Shown here: one piece after another, positions 59,490 through 64,000 of the stretch
Numbering within the stretch: the stretch's first letter is position 1
Layout of the letters: every line of letters starts with the position of its first letter
Origin: Ranitomeya imitator
Lineage: Eukaryota
Assembly (NCBI RefSeq): GCF_032444005.1
Contig: NC_091285.1
Span: forward strand, 268,956,001 to 269,020,000
Length of the DNA: 64,000 bases
Direction of reading: 5' to 3'
Made by a program: the position numbers and the translations under genes
The notes under the pieces: model-generated
Told to the model about the DNA's origin: nothing
Databases searched by the model: none
Seen by the model: the letters and a program-made list of their open reading frames with translations, nothing else

Positions 59490-62200
59490 CACAAATGTAA
59501 ATATTAATCTCCCACTGATTTGATTTTTTTTTTTTTTCAGGGAGACTTTAGGAAAAAAAAAAATAGAATAAAATGATTTTTTCAGGAAGAATTTAGAAAC
59601 CAAAGAAAATAAAATGATTTTTTCAGGGAGAATTTAGAAAACAAATAAAACAAAAAAAGGCTTTCTATGGCCCACTGAGTGAGAGATGACGCACACAGGA
59701 GTCAGGAGTGGCACACAAGCCCAGAGGCCAATATTTATCTCCCACTGATTGATGTAGTGATTTTTTCAGGTAGATTTTGGAACCCAGATCAAGCTAAAAA
59801 AAAATAATAGGCTTTCTATGGCCCACAATTGGAGAGAGAGAGAGAGATGGCACACCCAGGAGTCAAGACTGGCACACAAGCAGAAAGGGCAATATTAATC
59901 TCCCACTGATTTGTTTTTTTTTGTTTTTTTTTCAGGGAGACTTTAGGAAAAAAAAAATAGAATAAAATGATTTTTTCAGGAAGAATTTAGAAACCAAATA
60001 AAATAAAATGATTTTTTCAGGGAGAATTTAGAAAACAAATAAAACAAAAAAAGGCTTTCTATGGCCCACTGAGTGAGAGATGACGCACACAGGAGTCAGG
60101 AGTGGCACACAAGCCCAGAGGCCAATATTTATCTCCCACTGATTGATGTAGTGATTTTTTCAGGTAGATTTTGGAACCCAAATCAAGCTAAAAAAATAAT
60201 AGGCTTTCTATGGCCCACAATTGGAGAGAGAGAAAGAGAGATGGCACACCCAGGAGTCAAGACTGGCACACAAGCAGAAAGGGCAATATTAATCTCCCAC
60301 TGATTTGTTGTTGTTTTTTTTTTTCAGGGAGACTTTAGGAAAAAAAAAATAGAATAAAATGATTTTTTCAGGAAGAATTTAGAAACCAAATAAAATAAAA
60401 TGATTTTTTCAGGGAGAATTTAGAAAACAAATAAAACAAAAAAAGGCTTTCTATGGCCCACTGAGTGAGAGATGACGCACACAGGAGTCAGGAGTGGCAC
60501 ACAAGCCCAGAGGCCAATATTTATCTCCCACTGATTGATGTAGTGATTTTTTCAGGTAGATTTTGGAACCCAAATCAAGCTAAAAAAAATAATAGGCTTT
60601 CTATGGCCCACAATTGGAGAGAGAGAGAGAGAGATGGCACACCCAGGAGTCAAGACTGGCACACAAGCAGAAAGGGCAATATTAATCTCCCACTGATTTG
60701 TTTTTGTTTTTTTGTTTTTTCAGGGAGACTTTAGGAAAAAAAAAATAGAATAAAATGATTTTTTCAGGAAGAATTTAGAAACCAAATAAAATAAAATGAT
60801 TTTTTCAGGGAGAATTTAGAAAACAAATAAAACAAAAAAAGGCTTTCTATGGCCCACTGAGTGAGAGATGACGCACACAGGAGTCAGGAATGGCACACAA
60901 GCCCAGAGGCCAATATTTATCTCCCACTGATTGATGTAGTGATTTTTTCAGGTAGATTTTGGAACCCAAATCAAGCTAAAAAAATAATAGGCTTTCTATG
61001 GCCCACAATTGGAGAGAGAGAGAGAGAGATGGCACACCCAGGAGTCAAGACTGGCACACAAGCAGAAAGGGCAATATTAATCTCCCACTGATTTGTTTTT
61101 TTTTGTTTTTTTTCAGGGAGACTTTAGGAAAAAAAAAAAATAGAATAAAATGATTTTTTCAGGAAGAATTTAGAAACCAAATAAAATAAAATGATTTTTT
61201 CAGGGAGAATTTAGAAAACAAATAAAACAAAAAAAGGCTTTCTATGGCCCACTGAGTGAGAGATGAGAGATGACGCACACAGGAGTCAGGAATGGCACAC
61301 AAGCCCAGAGGCCAATATTTATCTCCCACTTTTTTTTTTTTGTTCCAGGGAAAATTTATAAACCCAATAAAAAAAAATAATAAATAGGCTTTCTATGGCC
61401 CACTATCTGAGAGACAGAGAGAGATGGCACGCTTAGGACTGGCACACAAGCCCAAAGGCCAATATTAATCTCCCTTTTTTTTTAAGGGAGAATTTATAAA
61501 ACCAAAAAAAAATAAATAAATAGGCTTTCTATGGCCCACTATTTGTGAGAGACATGGCACGCTCAGGACTGGCACACAAGCCCAGAGGCCAATATTAATC
61601 TCCCACTTTTTTTTTTTGCCAGGGAAAATTTATAAACCCAATAAAAAAATAAATAAATAAATAGGCTTTCTATGGCCCACTATCTGAGAGAGAGAGATGG
61701 CACGCTTAGGACTGGCACACAAGCCCAAAGGCCAATATTAATCTCCCACTGATTGATTTATTGATTTTTTCAGGTAGAATTTAGAACCCAAATAAAGCAA
61801 AAAAAAAAAAAAAATGGCCTTTCTATGGCCCACTGAGTGAGTGATGATGCACACAGGAGTCAGGAGTGGCACACAAGCCCTGAGGCCAATATTTTTCTCC
61901 CACTGATTGATGTAGTGATTTTTTCAGGTAGATTTTAGAACCAAAATCAAGCAAAAAAATAAATAGGCTTTCTATGGCCCACTGAGTGAGTGATGATGCA
62001 CACAGGAGTCAAGAGTGGCACACAAGCCCTGAGGCCAATATTTTTCTCCCACTGATTGATGTAGTGATTTTTTCAGGTAGATTTTATAACCCAAATCAAG
62101 CAAAAAAATAAATAGGCTTTCTATGGCCCACTGAGTGAGAGATGACACAGACAGGGATGGCACTCTAGCAGAAATGTCAATCTTAATCTCCCACAAAAAA
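59490..62200. repeat. About 394-bp higher-order tandem array plus subrepeats inside hAT
   Basis: Near-identical small ORFs start at 60073, 60465 and 60861; ggctttctatggccca recurs throughout. Confidence 0.9.
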
Positions 62201-62656
62201 AAAAAAAAAAACAGGGAGTGTCCTTCAATTACTATCTCCCTGCAGTAATCTCAGCCAGGTATGGCAGGCAGCAATAAGGAGTGGACTGATGCACAAATTA
62301 AATAAAAAGTGTGTACAAACCAAAAAGATAGCTGTGCAGAAAGGAAGGAACAAGAGGATTTGTGCTTTGAAAAAAGCAGTTGGTTTGCACAGCGGCGTAC
62401 ACACAGCAATGCAGCTATTAGGGAGCCTTCTAGGGCAGCCCAATGAGCTACAGCGCTGAGGGGGAAAAAAAAAAATGTAGCTTCCACTGTCCCTGCACAC
62501 CGAAGGTGGTGTTGGGCAGTGGAAATCGCTACAGCACAAGCGGTTTGGTGGTTAATGGACCCTGCCTAACGCTATCCCTGCTTCTGACGAAGCGGCAGCA
62601 ACCTCTCCCTAAGCTCAGATCAGCAGCAGTAACATGGCGGTCGGCGGGAACTCCCC

Positions 62657-62776
62657 TTTATAGCCCCTGTGACGCCGCAGACAGCAAGCCAATCACTGCA
62701 ATGCCCTTCTCTAAGATGGTGGGGACCAGGACCTATGTCATCACGCTGCCCACACTCTGCGTTTACCTTCATTGGC
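62657..62776 (-). promoter_or_regulatory. Putative hAT transposase promoter
   Basis: GGGCTATAAAGGGG on the minus strand, with CCAAT boxes at about 62689 and 62772, near the end upstream of the ORF. Confidence 0.45.
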
Positions 62777-63649
62777 TGAGAAATGGCGCTTTTCGCGTCA
62801 TTGAAACGCGACTTTGGCGCGAAAGTCGCGTACCGCATGGCCGACCCCGCACAGGGGTCGGATCGGGTTTCATGAAACCCGACTTTGCCAAAAGTCGGCG
62901 ACTTTTGAAAATGAACGACCCGTTTCGCTCAACCCTACTCCTTACGTGTAAGGTCAGTAATTAGTTTAGCAATCTGAGAAAAATACTTGATAAATTTCCT
63001 ATAACAGTTGGCGAATCCCAGAGAACGCTGCAAAGCCTGAAGATCACGAGGTTGAACCAAATCAATTATGGCCTGCACCTTCTCAGTGTATATCTTAAAC
63101 CCTTCTGCTGACAAGATAAATCCCAAGAAAGAAACTTCCTAAACAGGAAAAACACACTTCTCTAATTTACCAAACAAGGGGTTCTCCCACAATCTCTGTA
63201 ACACAACACGGACATGTTCATGGTGAGAGTCCAAACTGGAGAGAAAACTAGAATATCATCCAGGTAAATCACAACATAAAATGCAACAATGCAATCTGAT
63301 AAAATATAATTCATTAAATTTTGAAACACAGCAGGTGCATTGGATAATCCAAAGGGCATAACTCAGACTTTAAAAACATTGTTTTCCACTCATCACCTTT
63401 TCAGATGCATATTAAACTGTAAGCCCCTTTAAGATCAAGTTTAGAAAACACCCTGGCCCCTAGAAGATAATTACTGTATGTAGGTTGGAAATGAGTGCAA
63501 GTGGGTAATTATTTTTAACCGTGATTTTGTTTCGTTCTCGGAAATCAAGGCAAAGATGGAGACTCCATCTTTCTTATTAACAAACAAAAATACAGCAGCT
63601 ACAGGGAAGGAAGAAGGTTGGATATGGCCCTTCCATAAACGTTTGCTAT

Positions 63650-64000
63650 CCCCTTAACCCTCGGAGGTATTTTCGTTTTTGCGTTTTCATTTTTCGCTCC
63701 CATTCTTCCCAGAGTCATAACTTTTTTTCTGTCAATATAGGCATGTGAGGGCTTGTTTTTTGTGGGACTAGTTGTACTTTTTATTGACACCATTGGTTTT
63801 ACCATGTTGTGTACTAGAAAAAGGGGGAAAAATCCAAGCACGGTGAAATTGCAAAAAAGTGCAATCCCACACATTTTTTTGTTTGTTTTTTTTACCAGGT
63901 TCACTTAATACTAAAACTGACCTGACATTATGATTCTCCATGTCATTATGAGTTCATAGACACCAAAAATGTCTAGGTTCTTTTTTTATCTAAGTCAGTG
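63650..64000. mobile_element. piggyBac-like non-autonomous element running off the window
   Basis: CCCCTTAACCC start; body similar to 7256-8081 and 40133-41177. Confidence 0.6.

Larger units (their letters stand above)
50719..62937 (-). mobile_element. 12.2-kb hAT transposon
   Basis: 13-bp TIR TAG(A/G)GTTGAGCGA with a perfect 8-bp TSD CTCCTTAC (50711-50718 and 62938-62945). Confidence 0.96.
46150..63600 (-). pseudogene. Old, fragmented gypsy pol (RT 62946-63600, RNase H 50466-50718, integrase 47205-47430, GPF/chromo region 46150-46560)
   Basis: [17 protein letters not shown]; LGFAN; [13 protein letters not shown]; TDHKNL; FHDS..GHSG..WWP..CEVC. Pieces are collinear and interrupted by hAT, Tc1 and MITEs. 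Confidence 0.8.

Noticed and set aside
51930-62200. Regular repeats as a CRISPR-like array
   Set aside because: Units are contiguous tandem copies with no unique spacers, lie inside a eukaryotic hAT element, and no cas genes are present.
62443-62964. 173-aa ORF
   Set aside because: It lies in the hAT subterminal region, crosses the TIR and has no recognisable domain.

Overview
Repeat-dense eukaryotic DNA, inferred to be from a frog (anuran) from its Tc1/Frog Prince-like elements, TTAA MITEs and anuran-type zinc-finger fragments. One host gene crosses the window on the minus strand: tryptophan hydroxylase 2 (tph2-like). Four exons were found with splice sites and sizes matching TPH2 exons 2-5 (141, 184, 101, 68 bp). 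A divergent candidate exon 1 lies about 450 bp upstream of exon 2. The catalytic-domain exons are nearly identical to human TPH2 as I recall it, while the ACT regulatory exons are only about 55% identical. The introns and upstream region are filled with nested elements. These are: a young full-length chromodomain Ty3/gypsy element with a self-priming signature; a 12.2-kb hAT element with a one-stop 1189-codon transposase and three internal tandem arrays; two Tc1 families, each with one intact and one damaged copy; degraded Tc1s; an L2 LINE; two Helitrons; a zinc-finger retrocopy split by a Helitron; solo LTRs; many MITEs; and Penelope-like fragments carrying hammerhead-ribozyme motifs, one with an intact core. 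All homology calls are from memory and manual reading; no database search was run.
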